Origin: an uncultured Prevotella sp.
GTDB lineage: Bacteria; Bacteroidota; Bacteroidia; Bacteroidales; Bacteroidaceae
Reading direction: 5' to 3'
Assembly: GCA_937895845.1 (NCBI GenBank)
Contig: CALBLK010000030.1
Span: 22,057-86,056 of the forward strand
Length of the DNA stretch: 64,000 bases
Each line of letters starts with the position of its first letter. Within the stretch, counting starts at the first letter, position 1. The translations under genes and the position numbers were made by a program. The notes under the pieces are model-generated. The model worked only from the letters and a program-made list of their open reading frames with translations, was not told the origin of the DNA and did no database searches. Below are positions 39,471 to 48,258 of the stretch, piece by piece.

Positions 39471-40283
39471 ATGAAGAAGAATTTTACTTTCGCAAAAAGC
39501 CTGTTTGTAGCCTGTCTTTCAGTGGTGGCATCTGCGGCCGGCGCACAGGAGGTTGTCTTTAAGGAAACGTTTGGTACGCCCGCTTCAGAGAAGGACGAGC
39601 TTCTGGAAGACCATGTGTGGGGCGAGAATCCGTCGAGCATGTTTGCCAGCGCCCTGTTGCTGGAGGGCAGCTCTGTCAATGTGCGTTCCAACAACCCTTC
39701 TGACTACGAAGGCGCCTCGGGCGACGGCAACCTTTATTTCAAGGGTTGCGCCTCGTTCTCTATTCTCGGCATCTCCACGGCAGACCGCTCTTCACTCAAC
39801 TTGTCTTTCGGTGCGTTCGGAAAGAAAGTCGATGATGTGAAGCTGATGAAGGTGGAATACGCCAAGGACGGCGGCGCGAAAGCGCTGCTTGCCGACTTTG
39901 CCAGCCTTGACCTTAACACGGGCAAGAAGAAATGGACCAAGGTGGAGAACATCGCCCTGCCGCAGGCCAACAGCCTGGACCTGACCTTTACCAGCAACCT
40001 GACCGACCTGCTGGCTGACGGCGGCATCCGCCTTGACGACATTACAGTGACAGGCAGTAAGGTGGGTACCGCTATCTCGCAGGTGTCAGATGGCAGCCAT
40101 GGCGTTTTGGCAGCGAATCATTCATTGCTCTATCTGGGCCAGCAGGGCCGGGCTGTCCTTTACACCTCCGATGGCCGCAAGGTGGCCGAACTGCTGCCCC
40201 ATGTGTCTTTTGACACCGCGGCCCTTCACGGTGTCTTTATCCTGAAGATGGGGAACCAGTCCCGGAAGATTGTCCTGGAATAA
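39471..40283 (+). CDS. Secreted hypothetical beta-sandwich protein with a T9SS-like C-terminal domain
   Basis: Signal peptide (AGA|QEV), FKETFG...RLDDITVTG domain, and tail TAI...LYTSDGRKV...GVFILK...KIVLE. Confidence 0.72.
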   Translation: MKKNFTFAKSLFVACLSVVASAAGAQEVVFKETFGTPASEKDELLEDHVWGENPSSMFASALLLEGSSVNVRSNNPSDYEGASGDGNLYFKGCASFSILGISTADRSSLNLSFGAFGKKVDDVKLMKVEYAKDGGAKALLADFASLDLNTGKKKWTKVENIALPQANSLDLTFTSNLTDLLADGGIRLDDITVTGSKVGTAISQVSDGSHGVLAANHSLLYLGQQGRAVLYTSDGRKVAELLPHVSFDTAALHGVFILKMGNQSRKIVLE

Positions 40284-40322
40284 AATGACTCGTCCCCTTT
40301 CCGGGACGTCTTAAAACAGGTG

Positions 40323-40373
40323 TGGCTTTGCCTGGCTTACGGTTCCGGTTTTGGACGTGGCCAGGCAAAGCCA
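40323..40373. repeat. 14-bp perfect inverted repeat (possible terminator or stabilising stem)
   Basis: tggctttgcctggc / gccaggcaaagcca. Confidence 0.6.
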
Positions 40374-40470
40374 TTGCTGTATGCAGGGACAGGCCCTTGG
40401 TCCTTGGCGCAGCCTTTGAACAAGCCTTGCGGCCCCCTGGCAACGCACGATAAAGGCTGTTTCATGTCCT

Positions 40471-40507
40471 TTTATTTTGCATTGTCTCTGATTTGCATTA
40501 CCTTTGC
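40471..40507 (+). promoter_or_regulatory. Repeated promoter unit, copy C (promoter half only)
   Basis: tttattttgcattgtctctgatttgcattacctttgc, with the same TTTG-N19-TACCTTTG layout and spacer as copies A and B. Confidence 0.72.
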
Positions 40508-40526
40508 TGTCATAAACAAAACTACG

Positions 40527-43500
40527 ATGAAACCAATCTGCTTGTTCAGGCTCTTTTGCCTTGCCATGCTCGCACCGCTGTCATTGAGCGCAAGCGCCCA
40601 GCGATCGGTGGGCGACTTCATTGAGTCTAAGTCTAACAACGAGGCCAAGCGCGGCGTGCAGCGCGTGTTGCAATACCGTCCCGAGGGTGACGAACTGGTG
40701 TGCTGGCAAGGGAAAAACCGCTACACCAGGGCACTTTACGGCGGCTATACCGACTACCGGGTCGAGACGAGCGACGTGCCGATATTTGCCGTTTTCAAGA
40801 AAGGTCATCACCGCAACATCCGCTTCCGGGTGAACGGTGTGCCGCTGGAAACCGTGGAGAAGTGCCGTGCCGGCTACTTGGAGGCGCGCCGCAGTTACAG
40901 TCTGGCCGACGGGCGCTGGGATGGCGCGGGCCGCCAGGCGTGCCTGTCCCTGGAGGTGCAGGCCCTCCACGGCAGCGAGGGGGCCATCTTCCGCTTCGCC
41001 ACCGGCCAAGCCTCGTCGCCCCTTGATGTAGAGACCTGGGTGTGTGCCATCACAGACAAGGTGAGGATGCGCCGCAACGGAGACATGGGCGCCGACCCGG
41101 CCGGTGTGTTCGCCCCCCATCCGGCCAACAAGAACCTGGTGGTTTCAAAGGCCGTGTGCAACAGCCAGCGGCGGGTGGCCTATGTTGTTGTAATGCTTGA
41201 CAGCGTTGCCCCCATGCCTTTTGAGCAGGCTGACAAGCTGTGGGCAGAAACCCTGGAAGCCAACCGCAAGCTGGCCTCGCGTGTGCGTTTCACCACCCCC
41301 GACCCCTATCTCAATCCACTTGGAGGAGCCTTGGCCGTGGCCGCCGACGGCGACTGGGACGGAAAGACATGGCTGCATGGCTGTGTGGGCTGGCGGATGC
41401 CGCTGGCCGGCTGGCGCGCCGGCTATCTGGGCGATGTCCTTGGCTGGCCCGACCGCGCACGCTCCCATTTCGACGCCTATGCCAAAAGCCAGGTCACGGA
41501 CGTGCCACCCATCTATCCGCATCCGTCGCAAGACCCCAAGATGAACATGGCAAGGGCCGAGAAGAAGTGGGGCACCCAGATGTATAGCAACGGCTATATC
41601 TGCCGTAACCCGGAGCGCAACAACCAGATGCACCATTACGACATGAACCTCAACTATATGGATGAGCTGCTCTGGCACTTCCAGTATGATGCCGACACGG
41701 CCTATATGCGCAAGATGTGGCCGGTCATCACGGCCCATCTGGCTTGGGAGAAGCGCAACTTTGACCCTGACAACGACCACCTTTACGATGCCTATTGCTG
41801 CATCTGGGCCAGCGACGCCCTCTATTATAGCGGCGGGGCCGTGACCCATTCGTCGGCCTACAACTACCGGGGCAACCTGCTTGCGGCGCGCATCGCCGAA
41901 CTGATTGGCGAGAACCCCGAACCCTACCGCCGCGAGGCTGAGGCTATCGCCGCAGCCATGAACAGCCGCCTGTGGCTTGAAGGGCCGGGGCACTGGGGTG
42001 AGTACCAGGACCTGATGGGCCTTCGGCGCGTGCACGAGAGTGCGGCACTGTGGTCGGTCTACACCCCCATTGACTGCGGAGTGGGCACGCCAGAGCAGTG
42101 GTACCGCGCCACTTGCTATGTCGACACGGCGCTGCCCCACATCCCCGTGGTCACTGCCGATGGCCGGAACTACGGCTCGACGGTGTCCACCTCCAACTGG
42201 CTGCCCTATGCGTGGAGCATCAACAATGTGGCCGCGGCCGAGGTGATGCACACGGCGCTGGCCTATTTCGAGGCCGGGCGCAGCGAGGACGGCTACAAGC
42301 TGATGATGGCCAACATCATGGACCAGATGTACATCGGTGACAGTCCGGCCAACTTCGGACAGCTGAGTTTCTATGATGCCGCGCGCGGCGAGTGCTACCG
42401 CGACTTCGGCGACTGCATCGGCATTTCTGCGCGCACCCTCATACAGGGACTGTTCGGCGTGGTGCCCGACGCCCTCCATGGCCGGCTGGTCATCCGCCCA
42501 GGCTTCCCGGCCGCGTGGGACAGCGCCGCTATCCACACACCCTACCTTGACTACCGCTTTAACCGCGTAGGCGGCAAGGCTGTCTACGAGGTGACCCAGC
42601 GCATGGCCCGTCCGTTGACGGTAGTCATCCGGCAGAACCTCGGTGAGGGACGTTTCCGCGACGTGGTGGGGTCGGCAGACCTTACCCAGCGCATTGAGGT
42701 CGACTTTCCTGTGGACAACGCACCTGTTCCGGTGGCCGAGACTGCGGCCGCATCCCTTGAGAAACGCCGGCCGGCGGCCCTGTGCACCGACCTGTCGCTG
42801 CTTGAGGGAAAGCGTCTTGTCCCTGTGTGCATGGACGGTCTGCTGAATGCCGGGGTGAGTGACATCTTCAACAATGAGTACCGCTCGCCGCGCCCGCCCT
42901 ACACCACGCTCCAGCTGCCCGTGCAGGGCATGGGGGAGTGGTGCCATCCCACCCTGAAGGCCGAGATTGACGACTCGCTGTTCCGCTCCAAGGTGAGCGG
43001 CGGACTGATAAGGGTGGGCGGCGCCCCGTTCCGCTCGCCGGCCAAAGGACATAACATTGCCTACACCTCGCTGTTCGACAACTACCCCGACAGCATTGAA
43101 CTGCCCTTGAAAGGGCGTGCCTCCGGGGTGGCCCTTCTGATGGCCGGGTCTACCAACCACATGCAGAGCCGCATTGCCAATGCCTTGGTCACGGTGACCT
43201 ATGCCGACGGAACCGCAGACACGCTCCGTCTGGTCAACCCGGACAACTGGTGCCCCATTGAGCAAGACTACTATGTTGACGGCAAGGCCTTCAGTGTTCT
43301 TCAGCCCCGTCCGCTCCGCTTCTGTTTTGGCAAGGCCAACGCTTCCGGGACTGGCGTGCTGGAGAGCCGCGACCTTGGCCGCGACCTTGGCATCACCGAG
43401 GTGTATGGCCGTCTGCTGCCCGGCGGGGCGGGCCAGCTGCTCGCGCTGCCCCTCGACCCCTCCAAGCGTCTCCGTTCGCTCAGACTGCGCACGCTTTCCA

Positions 43501-43544
43501 ACGATGTCGTTGTGGGCCTGATGGCCGTCACACTTGTCAGGTAG
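40527..43544 (+). CDS. DUF4450-type secreted (alpha/alpha)-barrel glycosidase-like protein
   Basis: Signal peptide; NRYTRALYG, FTTPDPYLN, WLHG..GWR.PL.GWR..Y, WEKRNFDPD.D.LY..Y..IWASD and GLFGVVPD motifs. Start MKPICL (40527). Confidence 0.72.
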   Translation: MKPICLFRLFCLAMLAPLSLSASAQRSVGDFIESKSNNEAKRGVQRVLQYRPEGDELVCWQGKNRYTRALYGGYTDYRVETSDVPIFAVFKKGHHRNIRFRVNGVPLETVEKCRAGYLEARRSYSLADGRWDGAGRQACLSLEVQALHGSEGAIFRFATGQASSPLDVETWVCAITDKVRMRRNGDMGADPAGVFAPHPANKNLVVSKAVCNSQRRVAYVVVMLDSVAPMPFEQADKLWAETLEANRKLASRVRFTTPDPYLNPLGGALAVAADGDWDGKTWLHGCVGWRMPLAGWRAGYLGDVLGWPDRARSHFDAYAKSQVTDVPPIYPHPSQDPKMNMARAEKKWGTQMYSNGYICRNPERNNQMHHYDMNLNYMDELLWHFQYDADTAYMRKMWPVITAHLAWEKRNFDPDNDHLYDAYCCIWASDALYYSGGAVTHSSAYNYRGNLLAARIAELIGENPEPYRREAEAIAAAMNSRLWLEGPGHWGEYQDLMGLRRVHESAALWSVYTPIDCGVGTPEQWYRATCYVDTALPHIPVVTADGRNYGSTVSTSNWLPYAWSINNVAAAEVMHTALAYFEAGRSEDGYKLMMANIMDQMYIGDSPANFGQLSFYDAARGECYRDFGDCIGISARTLIQGLFGVVPDALHGRLVIRPGFPAAWDSAAIHTPYLDYRFNRVGGKAVYEVTQRMARPLTVVIRQNLGEGRFRDVVGSADLTQRIEVDFPVDNAPVPVAETAAASLEKRRPAALCTDLSLLEGKRLVPVCMDGLLNAGVSDIFNNEYRSPRPPYTTLQLPVQGMGEWCHPTLKAEIDDSLFRSKVSGGLIRVGGAPFRSPAKGHNIAYTSLFDNYPDSIELPLKGRASGVALLMAGSTNHMQSRIANALVTVTYADGTADTLRLVNPDNWCPIEQDYYVDGKAFSVLQPRPLRFCFGKANASGTGVLESRDLGRDLGITEVYGRLLPGGAGQLLALPLDPSKRLRSLRLRTLSNDVVVGLMAVTLVR

Positions 43545-43608
43545 TGGTGAAAAAGCAGCCGTTTCACAGCTGCCGCCTCGGTTTTTTTTCTTAATTTTGC
43601 AGCAAAAT

Positions 43609-45165
43609 ATGGAGAAACTACTGCAACTGTACGCGCAGTGGGCCGGGCAGGAGCCTGCGCGCGTTGAAAAACTCCCCGGGGCTGGCAGCAACCGTGTCTA
43701 TTACAGGATGTGGAGCGGCAGCGGTGCCACTGTGGTCGGTGTGGTGGGCACCAGTCGCGACGAGAACCACGCCTTTGTCTACCTGAGCAACCATTTCGCC
43801 TCGCGAAAGTTGCCTGTGCCCAGCGTGCTGGCCGTCAGTGCCGACGAGTTGCGCTATCTCCAGACCGACCTTGGCTCGCTGTCCCTGTATGACGCCCTTG
43901 CCGGCGGCCGCAATGCCGGCGGCCGCTACAATGTGCATGAGCGCGAGCTGCTGGCCCGCACCATCCGCGAACTGCCCAACATCCAGATACGCGGTGCGCG
44001 TGGCCTTGACTTCTCCAACTGCTACCCGCAGCCCGAGTTCGACCGCAACAGTGTGCTGTTCGACCTCAATTACTTCAAGTACTGCTTTCTCAAGGCCACC
44101 GAGCTCGACTTTCACGAGCTCAAGCTCGAGGCCAGCTTCCACCTGTTTGCCAAGGAACTCACCGCCGAACGGGCCGACGCTTTTCTCTACCGCGACTTCC
44201 AGGCGCGCAATGTGATGCTTGACGGCAGTGGCAACCCCTACTTTATTGATTTCCAGGGCGGGCGCAAGGGACCCTATTACTACGACCTTGCCTCCTTCCT
44301 CTGGCAGGCCTCTGCCCGTTACTCGCACAAGTTGCGGCGCGAGCTGGTCTATGCCTACTACGAATCGCTCAGGAACTACACCGAGGTGCCCCCGGTTCGC
44401 CATTTCGTCGAGCGGCTCAGCCAGTTTGTCCTCTTCCGTACACTGCAAGTGCTGGGTGCCTACGGCTTCCGCGGCTATTTCGAACAGAAACGCCATTTCA
44501 TCGAATCCATCCCTCCGGCCATCCAGAACCTGCGCGAGCTCTTGCAACTTGACTGCTTCCCTTACCCCTATCTGATGGAGCTGCTGCGGCGCGTCACCGA
44601 GCTGCCGCGGTTCGCGCGGATTGAGCAGCCGGCCGCAAGCCGGGCCGACGGCTACCGCGTGGCCGGTGACAGCGTGTGCCAAGCCCATCCCCAGGACGGG
44701 CCGGCAACCTTTTCCAAGTATGACGGCAAGGGGCCGCTTGTGGTCCGCGTCTACAGCTTTTCCTATCGGAAAGGCATCCCCGATGACGAGAGCGGCAACG
44801 GCGGAGGCTACGTCTTCGACTGCCGGGGCACCCACAACCCCGGGCGCTATGAGCCTTACAAGCTGCTCACCGGGCTTGACGAGCCTGTCATCCGCTTCCT
44901 TGAGGATGACGGGGAGATACTGACTTTTCTTGACAGCGTTTACCGGCTGGCCGACGCCCACGTGCGCCGCTATATCCAGCGCGGCTTCACCTCGCTGATG
45001 TTCTGCTTCGGCTGTACCGGCGGACAGCACCGCAGTGTTTACAGCGCCCAGCACTTGGCCGAGCACATTCACCGCAAGTTCGGAATCGAGGTGCGCATCG
45101 AGCACCGCGAGCAAGGCATCCGCCAGGTGCTCGAAGCGTCAGACCAACACCAGCAGGACGTATGA
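43609..45165 (+). CDS. APH-family (AmgK-like) sugar phosphotransferase fused to a RapZ C-terminal domain
   Basis: GAGSNRVYYR, YRDFQARNVM, IDFQG and YDLAS, followed by VYSFSY..GIP, VFDCR...NPG, LTGLD and GCTGGQHRSV. Start MEKLLQ (43609). Confidence 0.85.
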   Translation: MEKLLQLYAQWAGQEPARVEKLPGAGSNRVYYRMWSGSGATVVGVVGTSRDENHAFVYLSNHFASRKLPVPSVLAVSADELRYLQTDLGSLSLYDALAGGRNAGGRYNVHERELLARTIRELPNIQIRGARGLDFSNCYPQPEFDRNSVLFDLNYFKYCFLKATELDFHELKLEASFHLFAKELTAERADAFLYRDFQARNVMLDGSGNPYFIDFQGGRKGPYYYDLASFLWQASARYSHKLRRELVYAYYESLRNYTEVPPVRHFVERLSQFVLFRTLQVLGAYGFRGYFEQKRHFIESIPPAIQNLRELLQLDCFPYPYLMELLRRVTELPRFARIEQPAASRADGYRVAGDSVCQAHPQDGPATFSKYDGKGPLVVRVYSFSYRKGIPDDESGNGGGYVFDCRGTHNPGRYEPYKLLTGLDEPVIRFLEDDGEILTFLDSVYRLADAHVRRYIQRGFTSLMFCFGCTGGQHRSVYSAQHLAEHIHRKFGIEVRIEHREQGIRQVLEASDQHQQDV

Positions 45166-45893
45166 TGCAAGCCATGATTTTCGCCGCAGGCCTGGGCACA
45201 CGCCTCAAGCCACTGACCGACACCATGCCCAAGGCCATGGTGAGGGTGGGGGGGGAGCCCCTGCTGTGGCACGTGCTGATGAAGCTGAAGCGCGCAGGTG
45301 TGCAGCTGGTGGTGGTCAATGTCCATCACTTCGCCCGGCAGATTGTTGACTACCTCAGTGAGAATGACAATTTCGGGATGGACATCCGTGTGAGCGACGA
45401 GACCGACTGCCTGCTCGACACGGGCGGCGGACTGCGCAAGGCCGCGCCCCTGTTCCGCCGGGATATGCCCATACTGATTCATAACGTTGACATCATGAGC
45501 AATGTCGACCTGCGCGCTCTGGCCGCTTCGGCCGCAGGGCACGACGCGCTCCTTCTGGTCAGCCGGCGCGTCACCAAGCGCTACCTGCTCTTTGACGAAG
45601 CCACGCGGCTGGCCGGCTGGACGAACATTGCGACCGGCGAGGTGCGCTCTCCCAATCCGCAGTTTGACCCGGCCAAGTGCCGGCGCTATGCCTTCTCGGG
45701 CATCCATGTCGTGCAGCCCTCGCTGCTCGACATGATGAAAGGCTGGCCCGACAGGTTCGGCATCATTGACTTTTACCTTGATGTCTGCGCCCGGGCCGAC
45801 ATCCATGGCCTTCCCCAGGGCAGTCTCCGGCTCCTTGACGTGGGCAAGCTGGACACGCTGGAGCAGGCCGAGCGTTTTGTCACGACAGTTTAA
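45162..45893 (+). CDS. Nucleotidyltransferase (MurU-like)
   Basis: AMIFAAGLGTRLKPLT...PK, LDTGGG, NVD and DVG motifs; ATGA-coupled to the kinase gene. Confidence 0.85.
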   Translation: MMQAMIFAAGLGTRLKPLTDTMPKAMVRVGGEPLLWHVLMKLKRAGVQLVVVNVHHFARQIVDYLSENDNFGMDIRVSDETDCLLDTGGGLRKAAPLFRRDMPILIHNVDIMSNVDLRALAASAAGHDALLLVSRRVTKRYLLFDEATRLAGWTNIATGEVRSPNPQFDPAKCRRYAFSGIHVVQPSLLDMMKGWPDRFGIIDFYLDVCARADIHGLPQGSLRLLDVGKLDTLEQAERFVTTV

Positions 45894-45908
45894 ACCAACC
45901 CTATATCC

Positions 45909-47540
45909 ATGCAACAGAAGATTATCATTCTCGATTTCGGATCGCAAACCACCCAGCTTATCGGCCGCCGTGTCCGTGAGCTGGATACCTTCTGCGAGAT
46001 TCTTCCGTACAACAAGTTCCCCAAGGACGACCCCTCGGTGATTGGTGTGATTCTGAGCGGCTCGCCGTTCTCCGTCCACGACCCCGAGGCATTCAAGGTC
46101 GACCTCAGCCAGTTCGTGGGCCGGCTCCCGGTGCTGGGCATCTGCTACGGTGCGCAGTACATTGCCTACGCCAATGGCGGCCGGGTGGAGAAGGCCGACA
46201 CCCGCGAGTATGGCCGTGCCCACCTGGAGACGGTTGACACCGCCAACCCCCTGTTCCGCGGCTTCGAACCCCACTCGCAGGTGTGGATGAGCCATGGCGA
46301 CACCATCACGGCCATCCCCGAGGGCTATGCGTGCATCGCCTCGACCGCCAGTGTAAGGTATGCGGCCTACTACGCTCCGCACCCCGCACCCCAGGCCGGC
46401 GACTGCCCGCTGTGGGCAGTGCAGTTCCACCCCGAGGTGTTCCACACCGTGCAGGGCACCCGGCTGCTCCGCAACTTTGTGGTCGGCATCTGCGGCTCGC
46501 GGCAGGACTGGAGCGCAGCCTCGTTTGTCGACACCACGGTGGCTGACCTGAAGCGCCAGCTCGGCGGCGACCGCGTTATCCTCGGACTGTCCGGCGGCGT
46601 TGACTCCTCGGTGGCTGCCGTGCTGCTCAACCGCGCTATCGGCAGCAACCTCACCTGCATCTTCGTAGACCATGGCATGCTCCGCAAAAACGAGTTTGCC
46701 GATGTGATGCACGACTACGAGTGCCTGGGGCTGAACGTCATTGGCGTGGATGCCGGCGCCAAGTTTTTCGCCGACCTTGCCGGCGTGACCGACCCCGAGC
46801 AGAAGCGCAAGATTATCGGCCGCGACTTTGTCGAGGTGTTCAATGCCGAGGCCAAGAAGATAGCGGGTGCCAGATGGCTGGCGCAGGGCACCATCTACCC
46901 CGACCGCATAGAGAGCCTGAACATTACAGGCAAGGTGATCAAGAGCCACCACAACGTAGGCGGGCTGCCCAAGGAGATGAACCTCAAACTCTGTGAGCCG
47001 CTCAAGTGGCTGTTCAAGGACGAGGTGCGCCGCGTGGGCCGCCAGCTGGGCATGCCCGAGCACCTCATCGCGCGTCACCCCTTCCCCGGACCCGGCCTGG
47101 CTGTGCGCATCCTTGGCGACATCACTCCCGAGCGTGTGCGCATCCTTCAGGATGCCGATGACATCTTCATCCGCGGCTTGCGCGACTACAAGCAGAGGCT
47201 TTCGGGCGAGGAGGCCCGCAGGGTGCTGGCTGCCGGCGTGCCGGCCAGGATGGCCGACGGCGAGATAGAGGTGTCGCTTTACGACCAGATATGGCAGGCC
47301 GGCACCGTGCTGCTGTCCACTGTCCGCTCCGTTGGCGTGATGGGCGACGAGCGAACCTACGAGCATCCCGTTGCCCTGCGTGCCGTTACCAGTACCGACG
47401 CCATGACTGCCGACTGGGCGCATCTGCCCTACGACTTCATGGCTAAGGTCTCCAACGAGATTATCAACAAGGTGAAAGGCGTGAACAGGGTTTGCTATGA
47501 CATCTCCTCGAAGCCGCCTTCGACAATAGAGTGGGAGTGA
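45909..47540 (+). CDS. guaA: GMP synthase (glutamine-hydrolysing)
   Basis: [40 protein letters not shown] and KPPSTIEWE motifs. Confidence 0.98.
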   Translation: MQQKIIILDFGSQTTQLIGRRVRELDTFCEILPYNKFPKDDPSVIGVILSGSPFSVHDPEAFKVDLSQFVGRLPVLGICYGAQYIAYANGGRVEKADTREYGRAHLETVDTANPLFRGFEPHSQVWMSHGDTITAIPEGYACIASTASVRYAAYYAPHPAPQAGDCPLWAVQFHPEVFHTVQGTRLLRNFVVGICGSRQDWSAASFVDTTVADLKRQLGGDRVILGLSGGVDSSVAAVLLNRAIGSNLTCIFVDHGMLRKNEFADVMHDYECLGLNVIGVDAGAKFFADLAGVTDPEQKRKIIGRDFVEVFNAEAKKIAGARWLAQGTIYPDRIESLNITGKVIKSHHNVGGLPKEMNLKLCEPLKWLFKDEVRRVGRQLGMPEHLIARHPFPGPGLAVRILGDITPERVRILQDADDIFIRGLRDYKQRLSGEEARRVLAAGVPARMADGEIEVSLYDQIWQAGTVLLSTVRSVGVMGDERTYEHPVALRAVTSTDAMTADWAHLPYDFMAKVSNEIINKVKGVNRVCYDISSKPPSTIEWE

Positions 47541-47790
47541 CCCCGCGCGTGACACCCGGCACTAAAGCCGGCCGACCTTGTGGCCCGGTCATCGTGATGC
47601 AATGAGAAAGATACTGTCTGGCAATTCCTTTTGAAGCCAGACGGTCTCTTTCCTTTTTTTATGCAAGCCAGTCGCCTGGCCTGACTGGGAATTGCCTGGG
47701 TGAGGGGTTCTCCCATGCCACTGGCATTTTCGGCCTGCTGGCCTGTTCATGATGCCTTCCTGTTTTTGCACAAGAACTGTAGGGTGGTGC

Positions 47791-47900
47791 GGAATGGCCG
47801 CTTCTGGCTCGCCAAACGGTTCGTATCGCAGTGCGAAACGGTGCGTTTTAGCGTGCGAAACGGCCCATACTGCAAGGCGAAACAGACTGTTCAGCCATAC
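47791..47900. repeat. Degenerate 22-bp repeat array, third copy
   Basis: ggaatgg, caaacgg, gaaacgg, gaaacgg and gaaacag start at 47791, 47813, 47835, 47857 and 47879. Contains the reverse complement of a 21-mer from the 33.3-kb array with one mismatch. Confidence 0.8.
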
Positions 47901-48258
47901 TCGGTGTCCAATCGTGACTTTTTGTTTGTTGAATTGCTGATTGTTAATTTAACATTATTTAATGTATGAACTACACTATTTATTGAAACTTTCACTATTT
48001 TTGCATTGTCTAAAGGGAAAAGATACAAGAAGAAAAGGATTTGTGACAGAAGCTAAAGACTTGATGTGCTTGTATAAGTAAAGTCCTTCTTCTATAAAGT
48101 CTTTCTTCTATTAAGTAGGTTCGCGTACCTAACTTATATTTCGAGTGCAGTTGATTGCACATACTAACCTAACCGGTTGATTACTCATCCTGACCTAGCA
48201 GAACGGAGAATACCTATACTAACTTTAATTTAATTTTAATAACCAAAACTAAAAGCTT

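Noticed and set aside
45248..45255. G8 tract in the MurU-like gene as a phase-variation site
   Set aside because: The tract is short, in frame (Val-Gly-Gly-Glu), in a housekeeping-type gene, and expected by chance at this GC content.
41145..47555. Very long antisense ORFs (848 aa, 498 aa, 828 aa; also 563 aa opposite groEL)
   Set aside because: They are shadow frames of well-conserved sense genes, expected from GC-rich codon bias, and contain no recognisable motifs.
47620..47696. ggcaattcc/ggaattgcc inverted repeat and nested stems after guaA as a riboswitch or tRNA-like element
   Set aside because: It lies downstream of guaA rather than upstream, lacks purine-riboswitch or tRNA consensus motifs, and the stems are short.
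47520..48258. Genomic island integrated at the guaA 3' end
   Set aside because: The downstream PUL looks somewhat less GC-rich by eye, but no integrase, att duplication or mobility gene is visible in the window.
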